From the NCBI RefSeq assembly GCF_006345805.1, contig NC_043007.1, positions 46,810,001 through 46,874,000 on the forward strand: DNA of 64,000 nt. Reading direction: 5' to 3'. Below are positions 1 through 13,170 of the stretch, piece by piece. Every line of letters starts with the position of its first letter. Within the stretch, counting starts at the first letter, position 1. Source of the DNA: Octopus sinensis. Its lineage: Eukaryota. Below the pieces are notes generated by a model, which saw only the letters and a list, made by a program, of their open reading frames with translations, had not been told where the DNA came from and did not search any database. Both the position numbers and the translations under genes were made by a program.

Positions 1-40
1 AAAATTTAGTTTAAAATTTAGTTTTTCCTCTTCTTTAGTA

Positions 41-718
41 AAGAAGAGGAAAAATAGAAATAGAAAGATCATCTGGTTTACACCCCATTACTCAACCGAG
101 GTGACCTTCAATATAAGTATATATTTCTTAACACTGATAGATAGACATTTTCCAGTTAACCATACCTATAGGAAACTCTTCAATAAACAATTTAAAAATT
201 AGTTTTAGTTCAACTACCAATTTTAAAAATATAATCACACAAAACACACAAAAACCACAACAAGAAAACAGGTGTTCATGCAGGAATAAAAAATTGTGTC
301 CCCTAAATGGAGCTTGCATGTCCGAGATCATCATCTATGAAGCTGCCGTGGATTCTATAACCACTAAAGACACCATTTCGACGGAGAAATACGTAGGCCT
401 TACAGAGGGTAATTTCAAGGACAGGTTCAATAACCACACCTTGAGTTTTAGGCACTGGAACAAAAGAAAAGCGACACAATTTTCTAATCATATTTGGTCT
501 TTAAAAGATAAAGGTATCGATTATAACATCCATTGGAAGATTTTGGCCAAATGTAAGCCCTACACCAACGGCAGCAGAAAGTGCGGTCTATGCAGCATGG
601 AGAGATGGCTATCTGGAAAAGCAGCTTAGACCCTACTACATGTCTAAACTCAAGGACAGAACTTGTCGGATCATGCCCACATGTGACAAATTTTTGGTTA
701 CGTTTTTGGTCCCCTTAA
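41..718 (+). pseudogene. Frameshifted PLE RT-thumb/linker and GIY-YIG endonuclease
   Basis: Hand translation across frameshifts: RKIIWFTPHYS..FLTLIDRHFP..YRKLFNK, KISFS, CSCRNKKLCPLNGAC (CxCx5C), IIYEA..YVGLTEGNFKDRFNNH (GIY-YIG), CGLC..E, LNSRTELVGSCPH, stop at 716-718. Confidence 0.88.
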
Positions 719-1506
719 GAAAACAGATAGAACTTGCTTTCTATATTATGTCCCAAAAAGTTTTTTATCTCATTATACTTTTTATTATTTCATATATTTT
801 TATATTTTCACACATAATAAATTTTTCTGTACTCTTCCATCCTGCATTTTTTCCTGTGTCTATATAGACGTGTATATAGATTCATTTGTACACGTGTGTG
901 AATATGTATGAGTGGATAGTTTTAGATGTGTGCGTGTGTGCGGGCATAAGAATGCATATATATATAGACGTTTTTACTTAGTATTTTTTAGGTTTTTTTT
1001 AGGGTTTTATTTTTTGGGGGGGGGCATATATATATTCATTTCTTGTATATGCGTGTGTGTGTATGCGTATATAAACATGTGCGGGTATGTACATATACGG
1101 GCGTGTGTATGTAAGAGTGCATAAGGGCATGTCTGTATATGAACGTGGTTTTTATGCTTTGTATACTTCCTTATGTTTTTTTCTGTTACCTTTAACCATG
1201 GTTTTTCTTGCGCTTGTGCGTATATAGACGTATGTATGAACTTTTACGGTACGCGTGTGTGTGTGTGTATGAGTTTGTATATATATGCGTATATATTTGG
1301 CGAAAAATGCGAGTGAAGATGTGTACGCTTTCATAGTAACGTATAATTACGCACGTGGGTCCGCGAGCGCATATTTGAGCGTATGACTAGCCATGTTTAC
1401 GTGTTTACTATGAACTTTTAATCTTAATGTATATAATTAGCAGAATTATAACACAGTAATTTCCCTTTATATAACGGTATTTTTTCATAACATTTTTCAG
1501 ATGGCC

Positions 1507-1566
1507 AGATAACCGAAGAGATATTGTGGATTTCCACTGCGGCATCTGAAACTCAGAGTTTTATCT
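1507..1566 (+). ncRNA. Type I hammerhead ribozyme (possibly degenerate)
   Basis: Stem I AGATAA(1507-12)/TTATCT(1561-66); core CCGAAGA (CUGANGA with U4C); stem II GAT/ATC plus GTGG-ATTT-CCAC; GAAAC at 1548-52; short stem III ACT-cag-AGT; cleavage triplet GUU. Confidence 0.7.
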
Positions 1567-1664
1567 TGACTATTGCGTAATTGTAGCATATTATTTTATA
1601 GATAAATTTCCTCTATTTACATAATATTGAGGTCTCTTTCTTTCTTTTGTTATCTTACCGTTTT

Positions 1665-1729
<65 letters not shown>

Positions 1730-1731
<2 letters not shown>

Positions 1732-2113
1732 TAGAAATGAAAGTATTAAAAGTGAAACTATTAACATACATGCAATCATGTATATATACACATAGTGAAA
1801 CTAATGTAAATAAAGCTATTAAAAAGTGAAACTATTTAATGTAAAACCGTTTAAAAGTGAAAATTATTATATCACATTATAATAGAGATGTTATTGCTTG
1901 ACTTTTCACACGTAATGCCGAAACTGTAAAAGAGATGGCTCCAGCCTCGCATTATGGAAGGAGTCGAATTTTGTTACCTCATGACACTCCATGGACCCTA
2001 AGTAATGCATGTGTAAAATTTGAATGAAATCATTAGGGTAGTTCTCGAGTTTTAATGAAGCACACACACAGACATATAGACAGACAGATACACATCCTCC
2101 GTTATATATATAT
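1730..2113 (-). mobile_element. Non-autonomous Helitron-like element, 5' part
   Basis: Minus strand begins tatatataacggaggatgtgtatctgtctgtct..atttcattcaaattttacac, the same layout as the Helitron at 28974. The 3' hairpin and CTAG are not seen. Confidence 0.4.
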
Positions 2114-2831
2114 GCATTATTATGTATTCATTTCTGAAGGGAAACAATAGCTATATGTTGCCTTTTTCCCAGTTTTCATTTCGTTTTCACATCTCCTTTT
2201 CAGTGTTGTATTTTGCCATTGCACACGCGACAGTAATGTAAATTTTAGTAGTTGTAAGTAGAGTTTTTAGTAATAATTGTCATAACTATCCTGGATGCTA
2301 TAACGTATATAGATTATTTCGTACAATATTAAATGGTGTCAGACATAAAATATAGAGACACCTATGAAAAGACTTGAAATATAATTGAGAAAATTACATT
2401 TTGGATAAGAGATTTACATAAATGTAGATGCTATTACAATTCTCATCTTGATCTAAATGAAAAAGCAGAACACACAGGGAAGAAGCTCCATTTAACATAA
2501 AATATAAATAAATATATTATCGATATCAACACACGGCCATGAGAATAACATTTCACTAAGGACGGAAATTGCTATAGAAATATTTTTGTAATATTCAATA
2601 GCAACATAGAATGGGACACAACTTAAAAGAAAAGAATTAAAAGAATAAAAGTGCAATCAAACACGGCAGAGACAGAAGTCTTGGCTTCATGGTGGGAAAT
2701 GCTTTATGTATCAATGGTATGTGCCTCAATACAGAGGAAGCAGCAACTTGACGAACGGATATCTTTTTTATTCATTCGTCATCTATACACATCGACTACG
2801 GTTTTATATCTGTGTGTTTGTGTTTGTGTGT

Positions 2832-2868
<37 letters not shown>

Positions 2869-3298
2869 TATATGTACGTATGGTATGTGTATATATGAAC
2901 ATATGTATGTATATATATATATATATATATATATAGATATGTATATTTATATATATACATATATACAAACATGCATGCATATATATATTATGAACACACA
3001 CACATATATATATTACACTCGCATACGCACACACGCACACACACATATACATATGTGTTTGTATGCTCGTGTGAATGAATGTGCAGTACAATAATCTTTA
3101 TCTTACCCGATTCGAAAAATATTATTTTGAGAGCCACCAATGAAAGGAAGAGAAAGGATATAGATTGTAATAAAAGTGTCGGATATTCATTCCAATTACC
3201 ATGGTCGAATTTGAAGATAAACTAGAATATCAGAAATATACAATATACAGACCTAGTAGTGATGGACAGTCAATTTCACTGTACGAATCTGAATGGTT

Positions 3299-3457
<159 letters not shown>

Positions 3458-3902
3458 AGTGAGAGAGCAGTGCATGCCATCAAAGTGACACTGGGGTAAA
3501 ATATACGAAGCCCAATATACCCATCATGACTACCCGTCTGATAAAGTTACACCAGGCACATGCATCACAACCATATGTGCGCGACATGGTGATCTCATAT
3601 CAAGATAAACAGCACATGACCTTGCAGGTGGGGCCCAGTTAGAATTTTCTTCAGGTTGAGTAGCCCATCCCGCTCAAACGGTCCCTGAATAAGGGTTGTT
3701 TAATGATGTTGAAAGAACCACCCATGTTTCCAGAGGTGAATTATTCAAACCCCAAAGAATCCCTCTCAACACATGGCTATGATGCTCCCCCACTACTTCT
3801 GCTCGTGATCAAAGATGCACATATCGTCAGTCACTAAGGGACATGCTCAACTGGTTAAGGTCAAACAACTGACAAGCAAATCTGTGGTATTGAGCAGAAT
3901 AG
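3458..3902. mobile_element. (TAT)n-flanked interspersed repeat, family X, copy 1 (truncated)
   Basis: Closely similar to 5584-6125 and, more distantly, to 53835-54210. No ORF found. Confidence 0.75.
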
Positions 3903-4304
3903 CTTTGTATATTGTATTTTTGATTGGAAATAAAATAATAAAAGAATAAGATATTTTAACATGACCACTCAGATACCCATGAAACTCATAAAGCATCCAA
4001 CACAAACTTTATACAACAAGCACCTAATAATCTGAAATAACACGACTCGTGCAACATATACTATACGAGCTGATGACCCAATAATATAGTACAAGGCGCG
4101 TTCTACACACCACACAGACAGAGTGCAGAGTAATATGAAAAGAAGAATGTAACTAAACACTATAAGTACAGCCCGAGAATGAATCTACTGTCCAACAAAC
4201 ACCGCAAAAATTATGACACAATGCTGCACATACTTCAGGATCATGGGGAGGAAATGGGTAACGTGGTAGATACACGCATGAAAATACCAAAGAATAATTG
4301 CCTA

Positions 4305-4323
4305 TAATAATAATAATAATCAA

Positions 4324-4387
<64 letters not shown>

Positions 4388-4393
4388 TAATAA

Positions 4394-4433
<40 letters not shown>

Positions 4434-4436
4434 CAA

Positions 4437-4484
<48 letters not shown>

Positions 4485-4509
4485 CAAAATAATAATAATA
4501 ATAATAATG

Positions 4510-4601
<92 letters not shown>
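4305..4601. repeat. (TAA)n microsatellite, interrupted
   Basis: Direct reading. Confidence 0.97.
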
Positions 4602-4602
<1 letters not shown>

Positions 4603-5171
4603 GAGTTGGGACCTACATACATTGGAAGCTATGCCAACATTATGGAATAACAACAGAAAAAAGATGGTATAGGCACACACCAGAAAAGGTCACAGAAAAC
4701 GAGAAAGCAACCATACTCTGGGATATGCCGATACACACAGATAGAGAAATTAAGGCCAACAGACCAGATATAGTTGCCAGAGATCATGAAGAAAAAAATG
4801 CTTTCCAATTGATGTATCAATACCGGCTGATGACAACGTGTCTCTAAAAGAAATGGAGAAACTCTCAAAATACAAAGACCTGGAAATAGAGGTAACTAGA
4901 ATGTGGAATCTGAAAACAGAAACAATTCCTATCATAGTAGGTGCATTAGGCATGATAAAAAAATATTCAGACAAATACATAACAAAAACACCAGGACTTA
5001 CAAACACATATAACATACAGAAAATTGCACTAGTAGGCACTGCACACATCCTACGCAGAACACTTTCCATACAATAACCATCAGAGCATCACAACAAATC
5101 ACAGCACATACCCAAGGCACACAGAGCTGTGCTCGGTAGTGAAGTGAAAGCACGCTATAAAAATAAAACTA

Positions 5172-5174
<3 letters not shown>
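4602..5174 (+). mobile_element. 5'-truncated R4/Dong-type RLE LINE, family F1
   Basis: ILWDMPIHTDREIKANRPDIV..IDVSIPADDN..KEMEKLSKYKDLEIEVTRMW..IPIIVGALG..GTAHILRRTLSIQ* (PD-D/E-K restriction-like endonuclease), then a 3' UTR. (TAA)n lies on both sides. Confidence 0.9.
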
Positions 5175-5220
<46 letters not shown>

Positions 5221-5225
5221 TAATA

Positions 5226-5270
<45 letters not shown>

Positions 5271-5280
5271 CAATAATAAT

Positions 5281-5472
5281 AGAAGGTAGTAGATGCCTTA
5301 TAAAGCTGGAAAACTATTATAAAATAACCACCATAGAACTGCAAAAATACCTACTTCAGAAGCAAGGAAGACTGATACAAATAGCGGCAAAACACGATTA
5401 AAATTTTAAAAAATTGTTGTCACTATTTAAGGAATTTGGCAAATACAAACAAGAAATCATACCACCTAACAA
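5281..5472 (+). mobile_element. Internal fragment of LINE family F1
   Basis: Matches the reverse complement of 55228-55348. Translates as CLIKLENYYKITT..LQKYL..KYKQEIIPPN. Confidence 0.75.
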
Positions 5473-5475
5473 TAT

Positions 5476-5500
5476 TCTTCTTCTTCTTCTTCTTCTTCTT

Positions 5501-5531
<31 letters not shown>

Positions 5532-5546
5532 TTATTATTATTATTA

Positions 5547-5583
<37 letters not shown>
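5476..5583. repeat. (CTT)n followed by (TAT)n
   Basis: Direct reading. Confidence 0.95.
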
Positions 5584-6125
5584 GAGTGAGAGAGAACAGT
5601 GCATGCCATCAAAGTGACACTAGGATAAAATATATGAAGCCCAGCATACACATCATGACTACCCGTCTGATAAGAGTATACTAGGCACATGCATCACAAT
5701 CATATGTGCGAGACATGCTGATCCCATAAGAAGTTAAACAGCACATGACCATGCAGGTGGGGCCGAGTTAGAATTTTCTTCTGGTTGAGTAAAACATTCC
5801 GCTAAAAAGGTCCCTGAATATGGATTTCTTAAGCGTGTTGAACGAACCACACATGTTCTAAAGGTGAATTATCCAAACCTGTAAGAATGCCTTTCAATAC
5901 ACGGCTATGATGCTCCCCCACTACTTCTGCTCATGATCAGAGATGCACATATCGTCAGCTACTAATGAACATGCTCAACTGGTTAAGGTCAAACAACTGA
6001 CAAGCAAAACTGTAGTATTCAGCAGAATATTTGCTTAGCCCATCTTTTATACCAAGACAAAACAATGTACATGATAACACTCTCAGAAGCCATGAGAGCC
6101 AATGCCCAGTACTGCATCAGGGCAT
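5584..6125. mobile_element. Family X repeat, copy 2 (near full length)
   Basis: Similar to 3458-3902 and extends further, to cagggcat. Confidence 0.75.
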
Positions 6126-6499
6126 GGCAATTATGATGATGATGACGACGACGACTACTACTATGATGATGATAGTCATTAAGCCTAGCTAATCTGGGCT
6201 TTTCCGGGAAAACGTGTATCCCTGATTATCCCATCTATATTTCATCCATATTTGTGAGGTAAGGTCATGATTTGAAGGCGTTGGTGATGTTAATTGCAGC
6301 AGGATGTATATTTTTGAGCAGGGTGGCCACTCGTGTAATTGGCATTATGTTCTACGCTCAACTGGGGTGAGATTTCTCTGAAAGCTGATACTATTTTAAG
6401 GTTCAGAGACTACAGTTACGACTATGATTCATTTGAGTGAGAAACAAGTTTTATCTCGTACAATTTTCTAACTTCTCCCTCAGGCAAAATTTAGAGTTT

Positions 6500-6772
6500 A
6501 TTCCTATATCTTGTAGTTTAGCCTATTGGGCTGGAGCTTATCGCAATTTCCGAGGCGGTTATACAAATGGGAGCACGAGAGTTGTCCTTCACAGTGTTTC
6601 CCTCATTCCATACTGCTATCGCTGGTACTCATCGTCAACTGGCTGGACTGCAGCATCATAAACAAAACTGCTTTGTTCAAGGACAAGAGCACTTACCAGT
6701 TTCAGAATCGAAAACACAAACTGATGTGAATCTGAGCCCAATTCCCAAGCAACTATACCACGCGCCTTTAAG
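6500..6772 (-). mobile_element. Degenerate tRNA-derived SINE (family C)
   Basis: Minus-strand head taaaggcgcgtggtatagttg.. and ttcgattc B-box-like motif, related to 38990-39160 and 52565-52590. Confidence 0.5.
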
Positions 6773-9700
6773 CCTTCCTCTCTTACTTATATAATATACA
6801 AAATCAGAAATTCAAACATTCATAATCCATGGGAAATCGTCAGTGACAGCTAGATTAAAATTCATTCCTCACAACTGAAAATATTTTAATATGTCAATAT
6901 TTCATTTCTTTAAATAAAGGAAGCAAGTTCAACGTGTCTATATTTCGTATATTTGCACATGTACAACAACTTTCATACACGTACATTTTATCTCCATTTA
7001 TTAGCATTGTTCTTAAAGACCAACGTCCCTATCGTAAACATAAGCACGTACTGTGCCACATCTGATAAGATGGAACAAATACCATTCTGAAGCCGCAAAT
7101 TGAAGCCGAAATACGTTCCCAGAGATGTTCTCTGATCAGACAGTCGGACTTACTTTTCTTTAATGGTTTATGAATTTCGAATTTTTTTTTTTAATTCTTT
7201 AGATTTGGCGTAGGTTTTTCTCCATTACCTGAGAGCAGAGATGATTTTTATAACTGAAGAATTTATTATGTACGTTATTAAATATACCATTATTTGTATT
7301 TTTCTTGAAATTCATACCATTAAGCTTTTTTCCTAACGTCATTTTTATTTATACATAAACAAAATATATTTTCTAGACCTACACAAGGTGTATTCCACAC
7401 CTACTCGATTTCGTACTGTATTTTATACTCTGTAAGAATGATCTCGGCAGCAATTGAACACCGCACATGAAGATCCGGGTAGTATAAATACGGCAAGGTC
7501 ATTTGTTCAACGCGGTAATTATTATGTCAGTTCCCCAACTTCTTTCAAATTTTGAAGTAATAAAAACAAAACAAAAATGTCTATGTGGAATGTGTGTCTA
7601 AGAGATGAAATTCAATAAAAAGAACGGGTTGGAAATATTATAGCTAAAAGAGGTAGTCGGAAAGTTACCGAAAAAAAAAGGATAGGGAGAGAGGGGAGGG
7701 AGGGATTTAGAGAGGAAGAGAGATTGTAAAATCGAATTTTTGATATTCTATTGTTGCAGGGAGTGTCGTAATTTCCCTTGTATTCCTAGCATTTTCAACA
7801 TGATTTACTTTGAAAATAACGTTATAACACACTCCTCTGTAAAAAGGTTTTTTTGAGCAAATAACAGTTACAAAGGTCTACACAGAACACTAGCATTCCT
7901 ATAATCATTGAACATCGTTAGAATCTATAATTTAAAACTTTGAACACTATTACTTTTCAAGTTCAATTGAAGTAAATATATTTGTTTCCATCTCAGCAGT
8001 TACGCACGTCACAGATATCAAAAGAGTTATGCGTGAGTAGGAACATATTATTTTTCTATTTCAACATTCAAAAGATTGTAAAACAAATTCAGTTGTTAAA
8101 ATAATCGTTTGTAGCTATAGCCACATCACATACCTATGTTTTCTTTTCATACTAACAGTCCTCGGATACGTTTTACAAATTCTGTTGTTTATTTGTGTTA
8201 TGTAACAAATAAATTTGTGTATGTATGTGACTCAACGTTTTTTTGTGTGTGTGTGTGTTTATTGTGCGTATGAATATTTGCATCATTGTGAAGAGAAAAA
8301 ACTTAAGAACATTGTCACTATAGTATCTTCTATAACACTACAACAATAAATCATAGATAAAGTAAGCCATTTTTGACACAAATAATACTTAATACGTGAC
8401 TGGTGTGTTAATAGTATTTTCTTTATTACACCACGATGTAGAATAGAATTGCTATAAAGACTTTTAGCCAATGCACTCTGTAAATACAAATTGTTACTTA
8501 ATACAATATGTATTGGAAACATCATATGAACAATAAACTACACGAGTTTCGATACTTCTATTGAGTTCTATCAAAGCGAGTGAGCGTTTTTAATGTCCCA
8601 CTAATGTATTAATACGAAAGCTTAAAATTTAATACACTGATTGCCACTATTTTGATAAATAACTATCGGAATATTGGCAGTAACTTGTTATAGTGATACT
8701 ATGAGATGATAAAATAATGTTTAGCATCCGAGTCTTCAGATGAGGCTGCCTTCATAAGTGCTTCTCATAACTATAAACGAGTAATTAGTAACAACGCTGT
8801 TACAGATAACCAGACATTCAAATTTAATTTCCTTACTTTTCCAGATAAATATGCCTAACCTTTATTATATGAATACTGCGTAGCTATATTTATTGTAAAA
8901 TTTCCAACAGCAATTTTAACGTTATTTCTCTTCATGGAAGTTGTATTTTCAAAGCTTTGATCTACAGTGCTAAAGTACTCCTCGGCTATCATAATTTTGT
9001 GATAACCAACAGCAGCGTAATAAAACATAAAGTAAAATTTTAAGTAGTCTGAAAAGTGAATTGTTTACCATCTCTAAATTTTAAATGCCTTATGAATTCC
9101 AACGGTCGACTCCCAATCATTCCATAATTTCAGCATTTAATAATTCCCATGAAAATGCGTGATGTCTGATTTGGGGAATTAGAAGTTGGCAGGGTTACTT
9201 CGAGCATTCCATACATATATATATCCTCCGCCACACAGCAACCTGTGTGGACTCACTTGCGTCCCTATAGCGGTACCTCAAATGATTCGGATAAAATAAG
9301 AACCAAACTTAAATCTAAAGAAATGGTGTCTATTTCTTCGACTGCCAGGTGGTGACCCAGCATCGCCACAGTCAATTGAATGAAACAAGCAAACGATAAA
9401 ACATGTTATTGTATTGACGCCATTGGAAAGAAACTTGAAATATTCATCGTGTGATATGAACAGGAAACTTCAATCGCCAAAACTAAAAGCGTGAAGTGCA
9501 TTGAAGAACTCGCTGTTCGTCCGTGTTGTGCATACAACCATTAACTTCTAACAACGGCACGAGCACATACACATCGTATATTGATTGTAGTTAATTTATG
9601 CGACACCAGTATTTTAGCAGTTTGGATTTTATCAACTATAGAATGTTAAATGATACAGCAGCGATATTTTTAACACAAACTGCGACGGCAGGAAGACATT

Positions 9701-12700
9701 GAGTACAATGCTTCGTTAATTCACAGACATTCATATTTAATAACACATTTCAAAATTAGCACAAATATATGTCTACTTTGAACGTGGGATACAAACGACC
9801 AAACCGACTACAGCAATCGACTAGAAATTTTGCTATGGCATAGAGAGATGATAGCAAAAGCAAAGCTGAGCGTAATTAGAACTTGAAATATAAAGAGTTG
9901 TAGCTAAATACCGCGCGGTCCTTGAGACACAACACCGATTCTTCTTGTTGAATAGTGAAAATATTTAAGCAAACCAAGAAGCCAACAGACAAACACGGAA
10001 AAATGAAAACTGGCCAAGGTTCAGTTTGGCAACATATGCATCGATTTATAAATAGTTTTAAACAGTGTAGGTGGGAGTGAATTGAGGTATACTTTGTAAT
10101 TTGAAATATTGCAAGATGTTTTACTAATGAGTAGCTTATTTATCGAAACATTCCCAAGTGGATATAATGGACGTAAATGTTAAATGTTTTATGCTGACCT
10201 TTTACTCCGTTTTCAACATTTTAGCAACGAGTTGACTCGTCTGTCGGGGATACATTTGATTTATTTTCTGTTAGCTTTATAAACTTATCTATTTTGTATG
10301 ATTTATACGAAAATATTCATATTACCACGCAGAGATTAACATTTGTATGCCAGGCACGATGGAGAAATCAGATTTGTTTAGATATATATCCCGTTAAACT
10401 GGCATGCATTTTATAACGAAGAATAATTCGTTCTATAGCACACAATAAAGTAATTCTTATCGACATGTGTGACACCTGACTCAGGAGGCGTAGTACGATC
10501 AGAATTTTCTCAATGAAAGTTTACGGATCTCTCTCCCAACCTATAGAACATTTGACCAAACCATAATACATGAAGTAAAACCAGAAATCATATTTGTAAG
10601 GAAAAAGTACTTGTATGTGTAAGTTGGTTGGGCAAGAGAAGAAGAGAGTAAAATGTTTCAGTATTTTCTCTTACATGATTTGATCTGACGAATCTCAGAT
10701 ACATATTCTCTCTAGGCCTTCTTGCATTTACTAATGAAGGAGTCTGTGTGAAGTTTCATTTGACCGTATATGAAAAAATGTGATTACTATGTCCAGGGAA
10801 TATTTTGTCATATAAAATGTGTAGGGATTATTCTCAACTCGAAAAAAAACTTAAATACCTTTGATATCTAAATCATTTATAATACACAATGATGTTTCAG
10901 TTTTTACGATAAAACTATGTTTAACCAGTCTTAGACGTCATATAATTTCTGTGAGATTTTAAGAAAATATAAAACTTTGTATTTCATGCTAAGCTGTGTT
11001 AAACAAACTTCACTCAATTGCTTCCTCTACATATGCAAATCACATAGTAAACTTTTGAGCCCCAATAGTATATTCCGAGTCCATCACCGCCAATATATTT
11101 ATCTTCTTAGGTGAAGAGCACAAATATATATTTGATGCCGTCCTTGGTCAATAAAGCAAAATGACATTCAATTAGAATTTCAATTATTGAAGTTGAGTAT
11201 CTGAGGGACAAGTGGTTTAATCAACAGCATTCATCAGCATCTTGAACCAGTTTCCTGCGCAATAGTTGCACTTAATTTTTTTTTACTCTGCATCACATTA
11301 TTTCTATTTTATAGCAAAGCTAATTCCCTTTCCAAATCAAATTTTCTATTTAAAAGTTGCATCTTACTTCTATCGCATTAAGCAAACTTGAAACAAGGCA
11401 CTCCATAACTTTCACCAGGTTCAAGTGGTGTAACTGTCTATATCATTGCAAGACAATGAATCAGATTTTCCATTCTTCGTTCGATCATTGTGATATTAAG
11501 AAGGCAATGCCATGCGTATACCATAATACGAACTGTCAGCACTGCTACTGATCTTTTGCTGGTAATGGTTGTGGTGACGGTGTACATCCAGATATTTTCA
11601 TTTTATGTAACAGAGAGATTTCAAAGAAAGGTACACATCAATTGATATAGTACGTTTATATTAATGTACAAGATATACAATTTGACACAATTAGAAAGTC
11701 TGCACAAATATGTTACTGGGGAGGAGTGCATCACGCTTGCTGGCCATTCCGGTGCCGGGAAGTGATGACGTTAATAAGATTAAAAGTAGCGTAGGAGTTT
11801 AAAGACCTGCAAACCGTTAATAAATAATTGCTAATGATGTCTACGAAGATTTTGAAAATGAGAAACGGTAATGATGCCGAAGATAAAGATAATTCTACTT
11901 ACAAATAAAATTAGGGTAGTTAAAATGTTGTCAGTTAAATGCAGCAAGAACTGTAAGTTCAGGTTTTGTATAGTATTGTATATTTTGTATTGTACTGTAT
12001 ATTTTAAAATATATAATGATTTGTCTTTGATGCAATCCAAGAATGCTTGTTTGTATAATTATTGTACCCAATTCATCTGATATAAAACCCAGTGGTAATC
12101 GAATTTATGATTTGTAATGAATCACTAACATAATTATATGTCCACACACACGCGCGCACACACAGAAATACACACAAACACACGCGTAAATCAGTAACAA
12201 TGGGACGATTACAACTATGTCAGATATCAGAGTTTGACTACTAATAAAGGATTTTGAGGCTGGTCATTTCCATGAGTTTTTTTTTTTTTTGGAGTGTCAC
12301 ATTCTGAGTCGAACAAGAAAAGGGCATATTGAAAGATTTTGTTTGGTAAGTGTAACAATAGTGTTAGAACTGTAAATATTCTGCGTCTATTACGCGGGGT
12401 ATTTTTTGTAGGTCTTATTCGCTAATGCTGTAAAATCCTGGAGATAGGCTTCGAAGTTGTAGATGCACGTTACCTTAAAGCGAAATTATAAGTGGGAATT
12501 AAAATGTGAATTATCTGCCAAGTTATAGATGTCAGAAATAGAAGATGATTGGTAAGGAAGAAAATGAAGAGTATCGAAGATATAATTGAATCTTGGTATG
12601 TACTCGAGGTGATATTAGGACGGTTGTGAATGCTACTAAATAAATAAAAAAATGAAGTTTTGAAAGCCACAAAATATGATGTAGCTTCCTGGGAATTCAG

Positions 12701-13067
12701 TCGAAGAGGTAATTTCCTTTCGAAGTTTGACAATATATTTTGTTCTCATTCCTAACATAAATCGGTCCAAATATCAATTTATAATACCCTTATATATGGG
12801 TCCTTTGTGCCTATTCAAATCAAAACTAATGCGACTGGAAATAGTTTTTCATAGCAAAGTATTATTTAAGCAGATAAATGAGGTGGGCGATATTCTGGAA
12901 GGGTAATATTCTTTTGTTTCAAAGAAAGTATATTTTATTTAAAAGTGAATTGAAGCCACTAACAAGGAATGGTCAATTGTCTTCTTACAATTTGCTTATT
13001 GGCGTCCGAAATCTTTAACAAAATAGTGTACTCTATGTTCTGTGTGCACGCGTGTGCTTGGACACTT

Positions 13068-13170
13068 GTGTGTATGTATGTATGTATGTATGTATGTATG
13101 TATGTATGTATGTATGTATGTATGTATGTATGGATGGATGGATGGATGGATGGATGGATGGATGGATGTA
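13068..13170. repeat. (TATG)n-(TGGA)n compound microsatellite
   Basis: Direct reading. Confidence 0.95.

Larger units (their letters stand above)
1..1667 (+). mobile_element. Penelope-like retroelement 3' part (Naiad-like): ORF remnant, GT-rich UTR, hammerhead ribozyme, ending in (TA)n
   Basis: PLE protein motifs at 41-718, degenerate GT/TA-rich tract at ~870-1400, hammerhead fold at 1507-1566, (TA)n from ~1668. Confidence 0.8.

Noticed and set aside
3960-4300. Non-repetitive block between family X and the TAA array, possibly a LINE fragment
   Set aside because: No convincing endonuclease or RT motif in any frame I translated.
7159-7235. Minus-strand segment with a good acceptor and a GTAAGT donor
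   Set aside because: All three frames contain stop codons.
8725-8782. Peptide SESSDEAAFISASHNY resembling the P4-ATPase SPDE.ALV motif
   Set aside because: The match is short, the downstream residues do not fit, and no other flippase exon was seen. Chance is likely.
11715-11775. GC-rich patch with ETS-like (ccgggaagtg) and CRE half-site (tgacgt) motifs
   Set aside because: Short motifs with no adjacent gene or TSS evidence.
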